From assembly GCA_963664015.2 (NCBI GenBank), contig CAXXLF010000001.1:866704-930703 (forward strand): a stretch of 64,000 nucleotides of DNA, read 5' to 3'. The position numbers and the translations under genes were made by a program. The DNA is from Candidatus Binatia bacterium. GTDB lineage: Bacteria > Desulfobacterota > Binatia > UBA9968 > CAXXLF01. Shown here one piece after another: positions 9,463-19,316 of this stretch. Each line of letters starts with the position of its first letter. The first letter of the stretch is position 1. Below the pieces are notes generated by a model. It was not told the DNA's origin, did not search any database, and was given only the letters and a program-made list of their open reading frames with translations.

Positions 9463-10595
9463 ATAAAGAATATAAGTTTAGGATTCAAGCTATTAAATCG
9501 GATTTACGCGTGCTTTGGGTTATTACTTCTATTTGAGTGGTTCAGGTCAGTGCTCAACCAAGCCCGCCGGTCGAATGGAATGAAGTCGTAAGGAACGCAG
9601 AAAAAGAAAGAAAGTTAGCCATCTACATGTCAAGAGGCGATGAGATGCGTAAGGTCATTAGGGCTTTCCACAAAGACTACCCAAAGATTCGTGTCGACCT
9701 TGTACTCGGTGGATTTTACTATGCAGCTCGTATCATGTCGGAGAGGCGGGCCAACAGGTACCTTGCCGACTTGGTCATTACAGGCCCCGGGACTCCCTAT
9801 TATGTGCTTTACAAGGGAAACCTCACTGCCCCCATCAAACCCAGGCTCATCTTGCCCGAGGTCACTGACAAATCAAAGTGGTGGGATGGAAAACATCACT
9901 AAATTGACCCGGAGGGAGAACATGTCTTTGTCTTCATGGGACCTGTCTCTGCTGGGTATGTTTACTACAATACCAAGCTCGTGAATGAGTCTGAATTCAA
10001 ATCCTTCTACGATCTTCTCAACCCTCGGTGGAGAGGCAAACTTCTCATGGAAGACCCGAGGGGACCGGAAGCAGCGCGTTTAGGGCTACGTGTCTTTTAT
10101 AACCTGCCCGAGTTAGGAACGAAATATTTAAGGAGACTTTTTGGGGAGATACACGTCACCCTTACGAGGGACAGGCGGCAGTCGGTGGATTGGCTCTCAG
10201 TGGGAAAATATCCTCTATGTATGTTCTGTTCAGACGGAAGATACGCCCAGGCCCAGGGGCTTCCCGTGAATGAATTTAGAACCGTCGAGTAGCTAAAAAA
10301 GCCTGCCGTCGCACCGGGGGGCACGAACACCATGGCCTTGCTCAATCGGGCTCCCCACCCCAACGCAACAACCGTATTTATGAACTGGCTGCTCTCACGG
10401 AAAGGTCAGATAACGCTCCAAAAAGCCCTGAATGCCACGAGTAGAGTCTATGAATCCATGAGGGAAGACATTCCCAAAGATTTCATTCCGCTGGAGCGTA
10501 GGAGACAGAAGGGTGTGAGTTATGTGATGATGGCAACGCCTGAAAGATCCGACAATGCCCCCGTAAGCAGGCTGCTCAAGAAGATATTGAAGTAG
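9463..10595 (+). pseudogene. Decayed ABC-transporter periplasmic solute-binding protein (family-1/iron-type SBP)
   Basis: Three tracked ORFs (9537.., 9936.., 10332..) share one frame and read as one SBP (KLAIYMS...ADLVITGPG...YYNTKLV...LLNPRWRGKLLMEDPR...NRAPHPNATTVFMNWLLSRKGQ). They are separated by in-frame TAA (9900) and TAG (10290). The signal-peptide-like segment (KNISLGFKLLNRIYACFGLLLLF) is in another frame. It begins at ATA 9463, 5 nt after a GGAGG. Confidence 0.7.
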
Positions 10596-10647
10596 TTACC
10601 GACACCTTGCTCTAGCTCTCGGGTCTCATCAGGCTTGCGGGGTAATC

Positions 10648-12282
10648 TTAGACCCTCTTTCGCATGCGTGAGAAGTAATCGACCAGGAGGTATTTGCCCA
10701 AACGATCGGGTTTGGTGAAAAATGCCCGCCCCTTGTTCAACCGAGTCATCCCCTCAACAAACTCTTTAAGGACAGGGCTGTCATCCAGCATAAAGGTGTT
10801 GATAGTAATGCCCTTGCGCGTAATTCGCTCTGCTTCCTTGAGGGTCTCCTGAGCCGCCCTTTGACTGATACCGCCAAAACTCAACGGCCACTCGCAGTAG
10901 AGACGCCCCTGGCGACAGTATGCAGTAGGCTGACCATCGGTGATGATAATGACCTGTTGATTGCTGCTCGGTTTTTTATCCAAGAGCTCGGCTGCCAGAT
11001 GCAATCCGTCTTGGAGGTTGGTAAACGGATCTTCCATATTCCAGCTTGCCTCCGGCAGGTCCTTAGGCTTGAGCTCAATGGCCCGGGTAAAAAATCCTAC
11101 GATGCCGAAATAATCGCGGGGATAGAGGGACCGACTTAAGCTTTCCATGGCCAGGGCGACCTTCTTTGCCGCAATAAAGCGCCCTTCCCAACTCATGGAC
11201 CAGCTCATATCCAGGAGAAGCACCGTAGCCGCCCGCGTAGTATCATCGTACTGATAAACCTCAAAATCCTTTGGGTGAAATTTTAGCGGCACACCTCCCT
11301 GTCGCCTTAGAGCGTTTCTCAAGGTCTGGCCCAAATGAAGGTCGAAGGCATCCCCGTCGCCGTAGGGCTTGCTTTCTTCGGTCCTCCGTCCTTGAGAGCC
11401 ACGCCGGCGCATGATGTGACGGCCCATCCCGTCACGGGTTAACTGATAGTAGATATCTCTGAGAGCAAGTTGTCCGATCTTACGCACGGCCCGTGGAGTC
11501 AGTTCAAAATGATCCCCCCGCTCCATCACATAACCGCCGTCTTCCAGTAGGGATTGCAGGCGTACCATTTCGTTGAGCTGTTGCTGGGCCTGATCGCCCA
11601 GCAACTCGCCCAATCGGTCCAATTCCACATCCTTGAGACGGCTATTAGAAAGTTGACCTTCCAGGGATTGCAACCCCTCCAGACGCTCCATAAGTTTTAC
11701 GGCTTCGTCCAGGTCGACAGGAGTTTGGCCTTTAAAGAGGTTCCCCTGGCGCCAGGTATAATTTTCCAGGCGCCGAATTTCGTTGAGTTGATTGAGCAGG
11801 TCCTCGAAGTCGGAACGGGCCTCGGCATCTTCGAATTCGTAGGAAGAGAGAGCCTCTATGGCCTCGCTAGGCCGACGCGGCAATTGGCCTAGAAACCTCT
11901 TCTTTTCATCCAGATCAGGATTTCCCTCTCCTCCCTCCGCCAAGGTCTGCCGTTCCCGGGACACCACAGACTCGAGTTTTTCCTCGATCTGATCCAGAGC
12001 CGAGCGGATCTGATAGCGCTCGTATAGCTGCTTGATTTCTCGGGCCACCTGCGCCAACAGATCGTCAAGACCGGGTACCCGTTCTTCACCCTCCCCGACT
12101 CCCCGTTGGGCCATCCGGCGCATTGCCTGCTGGAGATCCCCCGTCTGATTAAGATGGTCGTTCAGGTTTTCAAATACCTGGTCGGCCTGCAGGGAAGGAG
12201 CCTGCATACCGCTCCATCGGCTGTAAACAATACGACGCATAACGGTTTGAGGCTGAGAAACTATAGAGACCGAAGGGTACAT
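10648..12282 (-). CDS. von Willebrand factor type A (vWA) domain protein, partner of the upstream AAA+ ATPase
   Basis: C-terminal vWA domain with MIDAS motif LLLDMSWSMS. Long acidic coiled-coil-like N-terminal half. The start is uncertain (12282 or Met at 12240). Confidence 0.75.
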   Translation of the reverse strand: MYPSVSIVSQPQTVMRRIVYSRWSGMQAPSLQADQVFENLNDHLNQTGDLQQAMRRMAQRGVGEGEERVPGLDDLLAQVAREIKQLYERYQIRSALDQIEEKLESVVSRERQTLAEGGEGNPDLDEKKRFLGQLPRRPSEAIEALSSYEFEDAEARSDFEDLLNQLNEIRRLENYTWRQGNLFKGQTPVDLDEAVKLMERLEGLQSLEGQLSNSRLKDVELDRLGELLGDQAQQQLNEMVRLQSLLEDGGYVMERGDHFELTPRAVRKIGQLALRDIYYQLTRDGMGRHIMRRRGSQGRRTEESKPYGDGDAFDLHLGQTLRNALRRQGGVPLKFHPKDFEVYQYDDTTRAATVLLLDMSWSMSWEGRFIAAKKVALAMESLSRSLYPRDYFGIVGFFTRAIELKPKDLPEASWNMEDPFTNLQDGLHLAAELLDKKPSSNQQVIIITDGQPTAYCRQGRLYCEWPLSFGGISQRAAQETLKEAERITRKGITINTFMLDDSPVLKEFVEGMTRLNKGRAFFTKPDRLGKYLLVDYFSRMRKRV

Positions 12283-12323
12283 TCCCGCCCCAAACTCCTT
12301 ATCTTAGCTCTGTCTATTATCTC

Positions 12324-13721
12324 CTACTTCCCGTAGGTAATTCTACCGCCCTTGACGTCCTTGTTCAATTTTTGGTGTAGATGAAGTCCCTCGAGCACAA
12401 ACTCCGTAGCGGAGGCTAAAAGTGCCGGAGATTCCATATCTCCAAGGGAACGAATGGACTCGTCCAAGCCCGGAATTTCTTTGACCCCTTCCAGATAGTC
12501 GGCAGAGAGCATCCCATCGGAGACCTCCACTCCCCATCCCGAGCTGAAGTATTCAATGGTTTTTTGGAATGAGTTGATATTGAAATGTTCGTCGAAGGCC
12601 TTCAGGATGGCCCGATTCAATAGTTTCTCGACCAGCTCATCTTCCTTGCGATCCTCTCCAACGTACTCCACTTCGACCTTACCGCTTGTAGAGGGAAACA
12701 GGGCATGTAGATCGCTCACCCGCGGAGCGACTTCCTTCTCTTTAAGCCGCAATGTTCTCTTTTCAGCGTTGCTGAGCATGCTCTCATAGTTGTTGATGGT
12801 CATTCGCACACTTACTCCCGATGCCTGATTGATCTCACTGGAGTTACGCGCTTCAAAGGTTAAATGAGCCAAGATCTCCTTCATAAAATCCGGCACCCGG
12901 ACCTTATGGTTGCGGCTGGCAAGGACCGTCGCCTCTTGTTCCATAATCACGATTTCATCTTTCACAGTTTGTGGATAGTGGGTTCGAATCTGGACATCAA
13001 ACCGGTCCTTGAGGGGAGTAATGATTCGCCCCCGACTGGTATAATCTTCGGGGTTGGCACTAGCGACAATTATGACATCCAAAGGAAGCCGGATCTTGTA
13101 TCCCTTGATCTGAACGTCCCTCTCCTCCATCAAGTTAAAAAGTCCGACCTGGACCCGCTCAGTCAGATCGGGAAGTTCGTTGATGGCGAAAATACCACGG
13201 TTGGTTCTCGGAATCAGACCGTAGTGGATGGTTTCCTCATCGGCGAGGTAACGACCTTCAGCGACCTTAATGGGATCAATCTCTCCGATCAGGTCGGCAA
13301 TGGACACGTCCGGTGTTGCCAGTTTCTCTCCGTACCGCTGGTCCCGGTCGATCCATTCAAGGGGCGTAGCGTCACCGTCCTTTTCCAAGCGACGCCGGCA
13401 GCTTTTGCAAATCGGGGCCAAGGGATTATCGTTGATCTCACAGCCTGCAATGATCGGTACACGCTCATCCAGGAGCGAGACTAGGGTGCGAATAATCCGC
13501 GATTTGGCCTGCCCCCGTTCCCCTAGGAAAACCATATGATGGCCGGAGAGGATGGCGTTCTCGACCTCGGGAATCACGGTGTCATCATAGCCGATAATTC
13601 CCGGTAAAATCCGCTCACCTGTCTCCAGATGTTGGATGAGGTTCTTTCGCAATTCCTCGTGAACCGAGAGGATGGGAATATTGTTTTTTCTCAATTCCCC
13701 GATCGTTTTTGGAACATCCAC
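12324..13721 (-). CDS. AAA+ ATPase, ChlI/MoxR-like (Mg-chelatase-like family)
   Basis: Walker A FLGERGQAKS, Walker B-like GIFAINELPDL, and LPLDVIIVASANPEDY...PLKDRF. A Cys-containing insert (CEINDNPLAPICKSC) is present. Confidence 0.75.
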   Translation of the reverse strand: MDVPKTIGELRKNNIPILSVHEELRKNLIQHLETGERILPGIIGYDDTVIPEVENAILSGHHMVFLGERGQAKSRIIRTLVSLLDERVPIIAGCEINDNPLAPICKSCRRRLEKDGDATPLEWIDRDQRYGEKLATPDVSIADLIGEIDPIKVAEGRYLADEETIHYGLIPRTNRGIFAINELPDLTERVQVGLFNLMEERDVQIKGYKIRLPLDVIIVASANPEDYTSRGRIITPLKDRFDVQIRTHYPQTVKDEIVIMEQEATVLASRNHKVRVPDFMKEILAHLTFEARNSSEINQASGVSVRMTINNYESMLSNAEKRTLRLKEKEVAPRVSDLHALFPSTSGKVEVEYVGEDRKEDELVEKLLNRAILKAFDEHFNINSFQKTIEYFSSGWGVEVSDGMLSADYLEGVKEIPGLDESIRSLGDMESPALLASATEFVLEGLHLHQKLNKDVKGGRITYGK

Positions 13722-13780
13722 GTTTTATGCCTCCCTGCTATGCGCTCTGTCTGTTACCGATAGCTTGAAACCGTGTCTCC

Positions 13781-14290
13781 TCAATTGTCGCGATGTCCGT
13801 CCTCAACCAAAAAATCTTTAAAAAACGGACTCAGGTGGTCATAACTATCCATCAGATGCTGAGGAATCACACGAACCTCACCGATCACCGGCATGAAATT
13901 TGTATCGCCTTCCCAACGAGGGACCAGATGCCAGTGGAGATGATCCTCGACTCCTGCCCCCGCACATTTTCCCAGGTTCATTCCAAGGTTGATCCCCTGG
14001 GGATTGAGTGCCTTGGATAAATTGTCTACGGCTACCCTAAAGGCCCAAGAAAAGTCCGAATACTCTTCCGACGGAAGGGCGGAAAACTGATTGGTGTGGC
14101 GTTTGGGGGCCAGAAGTAGGTGGCCACTATTATACGGGTACTTGTTTAACATAACGACCGAGTATGGGGTCTGAGCGAGGACCAGATCCGCGCGGGGATC
14201 CCCACCAGCGGCCTTATCACAGAAGATGCATCCCTCTGCCTTTTCCCCGTGAATATAGTCCATCCTCCACGGGGCCCAGATTTGTTTCAT
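13781..14290 (-). CDS. HIT (histidine triad) family nucleotide hydrolase/transferase
   Basis: Histidine triad HLHWHLVPRW plus CIFC zinc-like motif near the N-terminus. 4-nt overlap with ihfB. Confidence 0.8.
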   Translation of the reverse strand: MKQIWAPWRMDYIHGEKAEGCIFCDKAAGGDPRADLVLAQTPYSVVMLNKYPYNSGHLLLAPKRHTNQFSALPSEEYSDFSWAFRVAVDNLSKALNPQGINLGMNLGKCAGAGVEDHLHWHLVPRWEGDTNFMPVIGEVRVIPQHLMDSYDHLSPFFKDFLVEDGHRDN

Positions 14291-14601
14291 GGAAAAGGAA
14301 CCTCAGTTTCGGGGCTCGGCACTTCGTTGTTCACTCTCATTCTGAGCTCCTTGCCTACTTTGAAGAAAGGAACCTTTTTTGCCGCAACGGAAACCATGGC
14401 CCCGGTGTTTGGATTTCGTCCCTCGCGAGCCCGACGGTGTTTAACCACAAAGCTTCCAAGCCCACGGATTTCGATTCTCTCTTCTTGCATCATGGCATTC
14501 ACCATAGCGTCGAAAATAGCATTGATAATCACCTCAGAGTCGAGTCGCGAAAGATGAGGGAATTTCTTATTGACCTCGTCGATTAGTTCTCTCTTTGTCA
14601 T
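14287..14601 (-). CDS. ihfB: Integration host factor subunit beta (HU/IHF family)
   Basis: MTKRELIDEV...IEIRGLGSFVVKHRRAREGRNPNTGAMVSVAAKKVPFFKVGKELRMRVN, an IHF-beta-like arm and tail. Confidence 0.8.
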   Translation of the reverse strand: MTKRELIDEVNKKFPHLSRLDSEVIINAIFDAMVNAMMQEERIEIRGLGSFVVKHRRAREGRNPNTGAMVSVAAKKVPFFKVGKELRMRVNNEVPSPETEVPFP

Positions 14602-14650
14602 GGCACCTCCCCGCGAATTGGTCTTATTATAGAATCACTCATCACAGAGG

Positions 14651-15556
14651 TCACTGGTACCGAAGTCCCCAGTTCCCTCCCCATTCGAATCCGTAGTTAA
14701 AAATAGAAAAGAGCAGCGCGTGCCACCAACTCCTCCCACGGGGGCGGGCGTAAATAATTTGAGGTTCACCCGCAATTCCGGCCTGACTTGATGCGAGGCT
14801 GATCGCGTCCTCGATGTTACCAAGTCTGTCCACCAGACCCATCTCCTTGGCCTGCTCCCCGGAAAAGATGGCCCCGTTGGCTAGTTCCCGAACCCGTGCT
14901 TCCTCCATGGCCCGGCCCTTTGCCACCGCACGAACAAACTGCCCGTGCACGCTGTCAACTACCGACTGCAGAATCGCCTTTCCCTCGGGAGTTAATGGAC
15001 GAAGCGGCGAGCCAATATCTTTATACGGGCCGCTTTTAATATTGGTTCCCTTTAGACCCAATTTTCCCATGAGTCCTTCGACGTTGGCCAGTTCGATAAT
15101 GACTCCAATTGATCCCGTAAGGGTCCCCGGATTGGCAACGATCAGATTGCACGCACTGGCGATGTAGTATCCCCCTGAGGTGGCCATGCCGCCCAGAGAG
15201 GCAATCACCGGCTTGCTCTTCTTGAGTTTTTCGATCTCCGTGTAGATCTCCTGCGTAGGGACAACCCCCCCACCGGGGGAATCGATACGAACGACAACGG
15301 CCTTGATGCTCGTGGTTTCACCGAACCTCTTCAGATTGCGTATCGCCTCATCGGATTCATTGATAGCCCCCTCGACCATCAGGACCCCTACGGCATCCCC
15401 ACCCATAAGACTGAGAACCCGGGTCTCGCCCCCTGTAAAATAAGTATAGAAAAAAACTGTTACAAATAGAACCAGCATGGCGAGAAAAAGTATTCCCATT
15501 CCCCGCAGTAATGAATGTCCGCTGAATACGGAACGGAGCTTGGACCAAAGGGTCAT
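14651..15556 (-). CDS. sppA: Signal peptide peptidase SppA, 36K type
   Basis: N-terminal TM segment. ClpP/crotonase-like motifs VVVRIDSPGG and GGMATSGGYYIASACNLIVANPGTLTGSIGV. Confidence 0.85.
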   Translation of the reverse strand: MTLWSKLRSVFSGHSLLRGMGILFLAMLVLFVTVFFYTYFTGGETRVLSLMGGDAVGVLMVEGAINESDEAIRNLKRFGETTSIKAVVVRIDSPGGGVVPTQEIYTEIEKLKKSKPVIASLGGMATSGGYYIASACNLIVANPGTLTGSIGVIIELANVEGLMGKLGLKGTNIKSGPYKDIGSPLRPLTPEGKAILQSVVDSVHGQFVRAVAKGRAMEEARVRELANGAIFSGEQAKEMGLVDRLGNIEDAISLASSQAGIAGEPQIIYARPRGRSWWHALLFSIFNYGFEWGGNWGLRYQ

Positions 15557-17274
15557 GGAATTTCCCCCTTCCCTTTGTTGTCCGGCTGAGGCCCCTCTTC
15601 CTTATCGAGTTTTAAGTCCTCATTGAGAATCGTTTCAAAAGAGAATCTGCCTGCATCCCGCTCCTTTTTCAAATAGGCCTCGAGCTCCTCGCGCTCTTCG
15701 GTCTGACCCAAAGCACGGATGCTAAGCCCGATCCTTCTTTCATTAAGATCCAGGTTGAGGACCTCCGCTTCAACCATATCCCCTACTTTGAAAAGGCTCG
15801 AAGGCTTTTCGACTCGTTCCCTACTGAGCTGGGAGACGTGGATGAGACCTTCAACGGCTTCGTCAATACGCACAAAGACTCCAAAGTCGGTTACCCGGGT
15901 AACGGGCCCATTGATCTTGGAGCCTACCGGGTTCTGCTCGGCCACCTTTTCCCAGGGATCTTTATCGACCTGCTTGATTCCAAGGGAAAATCTTTCGCTC
16001 TCCGCATTAATCCCCAGCACCTTGGCCTCGACAATGTCGCCCTTATTGTACAGCTCGGAAGGATGCTTGATCTTCTTGGTCCAATGCAGATCGGAAATGT
16101 GGACCAGACCGTCGATATCTTCTCCAACTCCGACAAAGATACCGAAATCCGTGACGTTACGCACGGGTCCCTTGACGATAGTGCCCACCGGATACTTTTC
16201 ATTTGCCAGGAGCCATGGGTTGGGAATGACCTGCTTTAACCCGAGGGAAATACGGCGCCGGGTTGGATCCAAGTTGAGAATAACCGTTTCTACCTCCTCA
16301 CCGACCTTGACGACGTTCACTGGATGTGTAACCTTCTTCGCCCACGACATTTCCGACACGTGGATCAAGCCCTCGATTCCTTTTTCTAGTTCCACGAAGG
16401 CACCGTAATCGGTCAATCCAACGACTTTTCCCGTCACCCGCGATCCGACCACAAATTTCTCCTCGACGGATTTCCATGGGTCCGGGGTGAGCTGCTTCAT
16501 GCCGAATGAGATACGTTCCCGCTCGGAATCGAACTTGAGCACGACGACCTTGACCTGATCCCCGACCTTAACTAGATACGATGGATGATTAATCCTTCCC
16601 CAGGACATGTCGGTGATGTGAAGGATACCGTCGATTCCTCCTACGTCCACGAAGGCGCCGTAACTGGTAATATTTTTTACCGATCCTTCCAGAATGACAC
16701 CCTCCTCCAGAATTTTCAGGGTATCCTTTTTAAGCAACTCCCGCTCTTGCTCCACCAACAGCCTCCGGGAAAGGACTACGTTCACCCTCTCCCGATTGTA
16801 TTTCAAGACATTGAAGCGGTCCTTGGTCCCCACAAATCGATCCCCGCTACGGCTCGCGCGTATGTCCACGTGGGAACCCGGGAGAAACGCCGGGACGCCC
16901 ACGTCAACCTTGAAACCACCCTTAACTCGGGCAACGATCACCCCCTCCACTGATCCCCCGTCTTGAAAGGCCTTTTCGATATTATCCCAAACCTTGAGGT
17001 CCTCCGCCCGCTCTCTCGAGAGGGCAAGACCGCCGTTCTCTCCCTCCACGGATTCGAAAAAGACTTCCACATCGTCATCGACCTTAACCTCGAGTTTGTC
17101 GTCGTGGTCCTGAAACTCGCGTATCGGGATATGTCCTTCGGTCTTGTAACCCACATCTACTACGACATGAGTCGGCGTAATGCCTACGACCTTACCTTTG
17201 ACAATCCCACCCGGGTGTACCGAACGAATGCTTTCTTCAAATAGGGTCTTAAAATCATCCTCGCCTTGGGCCAT
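15553..17274 (-). CDS. rpsA: 30S ribosomal protein S1
   Basis: Six S1 repeats (G.V...T.YGAFV..G.I.GL.H.S...). Start set at MAQGEDDF (17274), preceded by AAGGGGAG and lying just after the cmk stop. The tracked 5' extension overlaps cmk. Confidence 0.93.
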   Translation of the reverse strand: MAQGEDDFKTLFEESIRSVHPGGIVKGKVVGITPTHVVVDVGYKTEGHIPIREFQDHDDKLEVKVDDDVEVFFESVEGENGGLALSRERAEDLKVWDNIEKAFQDGGSVEGVIVARVKGGFKVDVGVPAFLPGSHVDIRASRSGDRFVGTKDRFNVLKYNRERVNVVLSRRLLVEQERELLKKDTLKILEEGVILEGSVKNITSYGAFVDVGGIDGILHITDMSWGRINHPSYLVKVGDQVKVVVLKFDSERERISFGMKQLTPDPWKSVEEKFVVGSRVTGKVVGLTDYGAFVELEKGIEGLIHVSEMSWAKKVTHPVNVVKVGEEVETVILNLDPTRRRISLGLKQVIPNPWLLANEKYPVGTIVKGPVRNVTDFGIFVGVGEDIDGLVHISDLHWTKKIKHPSELYNKGDIVEAKVLGINAESERFSLGIKQVDKDPWEKVAEQNPVGSKINGPVTRVTDFGVFVRIDEAVEGLIHVSQLSRERVEKPSSLFKVGDMVEAEVLNLDLNERRIGLSIRALGQTEEREELEAYLKKERDAGRFSFETILNEDLKLDKEEGPQPDNKGKGEIP

Positions 17275-17278
17275 TAAG

Positions 17279-18007
17279 CTAATCTCCCCTTTTCCTTGGA
17301 TTTGGGCGTTGTTTTTTTCTAACTTCTCGCATGATTCGATCAACCACGGCTTCCACGCCGAATGATGTCGAATCGATAACGACGGCATCCTCAGCCTTCC
17401 GCAGCGGGGCGACTGCCCGTTCCTGATCCCTCCGGTCCCGCTCTTCCATCTCCCTCAAGGTCTCGTCCAAAGTTCCCCCTTTTACTTGAGCCTGAAGCTC
17501 CAGGAAGCGCCTCCTCGCCCGTTCCGGTTTGGCGGCATCCAGGTAGATCTTCACATCCGCCTCCGGGAAAACAACCGTCCCGATATCTCTTCCTTCGGCT
17601 ACCATTCCGCCTCGCGAACCCATAGACCTTTGGAGTTCCATCATCCGATCCCGAACGACCTTGAATTCTGAAACCTTGGAAGCCATCTGACTCATCTCGG
17701 GAGTGCGAAGTTCCTCGGTCACGTCGTGGCTGTTGAGAATGAGTCTCAGCCCCCTCTCCTCCACTATCAGTTCAAGCCGTATAGTTGCAAGGATTCTTCT
17801 TAACCCCACCTCGTCACTCGGATCAAGCCCCTTATTTAATACCGCCCAGGCTATGGCCCGATACATAGCTCCCGTGTCCAGGTACGTATACCCCAATTCG
17901 CGGGCCAAACGCTTGGCCACGGTACTCTTACCCGCGCCCGACGGTCCGTCGATGGCAACCATCAACAGGGTCGCACCGTCCTTTTCAAGTCCTGGATTCT
18001 GCTCCAT
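17279..18007 (-). CDS. cmk: Cytidylate kinase
   Basis: IDGPSGAGKSTVAKRLA...YLDTGAMYRA...EGRDIGTVVFP. The cmk-rpsA adjacency is classical. Confidence 0.9.
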   Translation of the reverse strand: MEQNPGLEKDGATLLMVAIDGPSGAGKSTVAKRLARELGYTYLDTGAMYRAIAWAVLNKGLDPSDEVGLRRILATIRLELIVEERGLRLILNSHDVTEELRTPEMSQMASKVSEFKVVRDRMMELQRSMGSRGGMVAEGRDIGTVVFPEADVKIYLDAAKPERARRRFLELQAQVKGGTLDETLREMEERDRRDQERAVAPLRKAEDAVVIDSTSFGVEAVVDRIMREVRKKQRPNPRKRGD

Positions 18008-18015
18008 TTCCTTTT

Positions 18016-19299
18016 CTATCCGAGACCTTCTAGAAGATCAAAAAATCCGGGAAAGGAGATATCCGCGCAGATCTCGTCGTCGATCTCGACACCCCCGTCG
18101 GCACAAAGACCCGCAACCGCCATTGACATGGCCACCCGGTGGTCCGCATAGCTCTTGACCTGAGCGCCATTAAGCTTTTTCCGGCCTTCGATTCTCATCC
18201 CCTCCTCCTGCTCCTCGACCGCCACCCCAAGATTCCTGAGCTCGCGCGTCATCGTGGCGATCCGGTCTGACTCCTTGGACCTCAGTTCCCCGACCCCGGA
18301 GAAGGTGCTCACGCCTTCCGCCATCGATGCTGCCACGGCTAAGACGGGATACTCATCGATGGTGCGGGCCACCATCTCCTCACCGACGGCAACTCCCCTG
18401 AGCCTTCCACCTCCGACGATTCGCAGGTCGGCCACCTGCTCGGCCCCTTCTTCTCGCACATGGAGCAGCTCGATGGAAGCCCCCATTCGCCTCAAAATGT
18501 CAATGATCCCGCTGCGGGTGGGATTGCATCCAACTCCTCGGATTGTGAGATCGGAACCCGGAATCGAGGCCGCCGCCACCATAAAAAATGCCGCTGAGGA
18601 GACATCACCCGGAATTTTCACCTCTCTGCCGTACAGGGTCTGAGGTCCTTCAAGGGAGACCGAACATCCGTCCGCTTTGAGCTGCGCCCCAAAGGCCCGC
18701 GCCATAATTTCCGTATGATCCCTGGACTTCTGGGGCTCTTTGACGACCGTCATACCGTCGGCTTGCAGGGCGGCAAGCAGAATCGCGGATTTTACCTGAG
18801 CGCTTGCAACGGTCGTATCGTATCGTATTCCCTTGATCCTTCCTCCTTGAATAGTTAGCGGAGCCAGCCCTCTTCCTGCCGACCCGGAGACTTCGGCTCC
18901 CATCCGACTTAGCGGTTCGATTACCCGCTGCATGGGCCGTGTGCGTAGCGAGACGTCTCCGTCAAGTGTAGCCGTAAAGGGCCGCCCAGCTAGAACCCCG
19001 GCGAGTAGGCGCATCGTGGTTCCCGAGTTCCCGCAGTCGATGGTGCGGCTCGGCTTTGAAAGTCCTTCCCACCCTTTCCCGTCAGCGCACAGAACATCCC
19101 CTTCACTCCAGATTTTAACTCCCATGTCCTTGAACGCCCGAACCGTCCGCGAATTGTCTTCTCCTCCTGAATGGTTAAAAATACGGCTCTCACCATTGGC
19201 AACACCGGCAAAGATAACGGCCCTGTGCCCAACGGACTTATCTCCCGGGACGGTCAACTCTCCCCTGAGTGGGCTTTTGGTTTCGCGAACCGTCTTCAT
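18016..19299 (-). CDS. aroA: 3-phosphoshikimate 1-carboxyvinyltransferase (EPSP synthase)
   Basis: PGDKSVGHRAVIFA, GNSGTTMRLLAGVLA, ELRSKESDRI and ADHRVAMSMAVAGL. Start set at MKTVRE (19299), downstream of the tyrA stop. Confidence 0.9.
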   Translation of the reverse strand: MKTVRETKSPLRGELTVPGDKSVGHRAVIFAGVANGESRIFNHSGGEDNSRTVRAFKDMGVKIWSEGDVLCADGKGWEGLSKPSRTIDCGNSGTTMRLLAGVLAGRPFTATLDGDVSLRTRPMQRVIEPLSRMGAEVSGSAGRGLAPLTIQGGRIKGIRYDTTVASAQVKSAILLAALQADGMTVVKEPQKSRDHTEIMARAFGAQLKADGCSVSLEGPQTLYGREVKIPGDVSSAAFFMVAAASIPGSDLTIRGVGCNPTRSGIIDILRRMGASIELLHVREEGAEQVADLRIVGGGRLRGVAVGEEMVARTIDEYPVLAVAASMAEGVSTFSGVGELRSKESDRIATMTRELRNLGVAVEEQEEGMRIEGRKKLNGAQVKSYADHRVAMSMAVAGLCADGGVEIDDEICADISFPGFFDLLEGLG

Positions 19300-19316
19300 T
19301 CCGTACCCTGCAGCCT

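Noticed and set aside
9900-10292. In-frame TAA (9900) and TAG (10290) in the SBP gene as possible stop-codon recoding (e.g. pyrrolysine at TAG or a readthrough code).
   Set aside because: Two different stop codons are involved. The same gene also has a frameshift and a lost start. TAA and TAG clearly terminate many other well-defined genes in this window.
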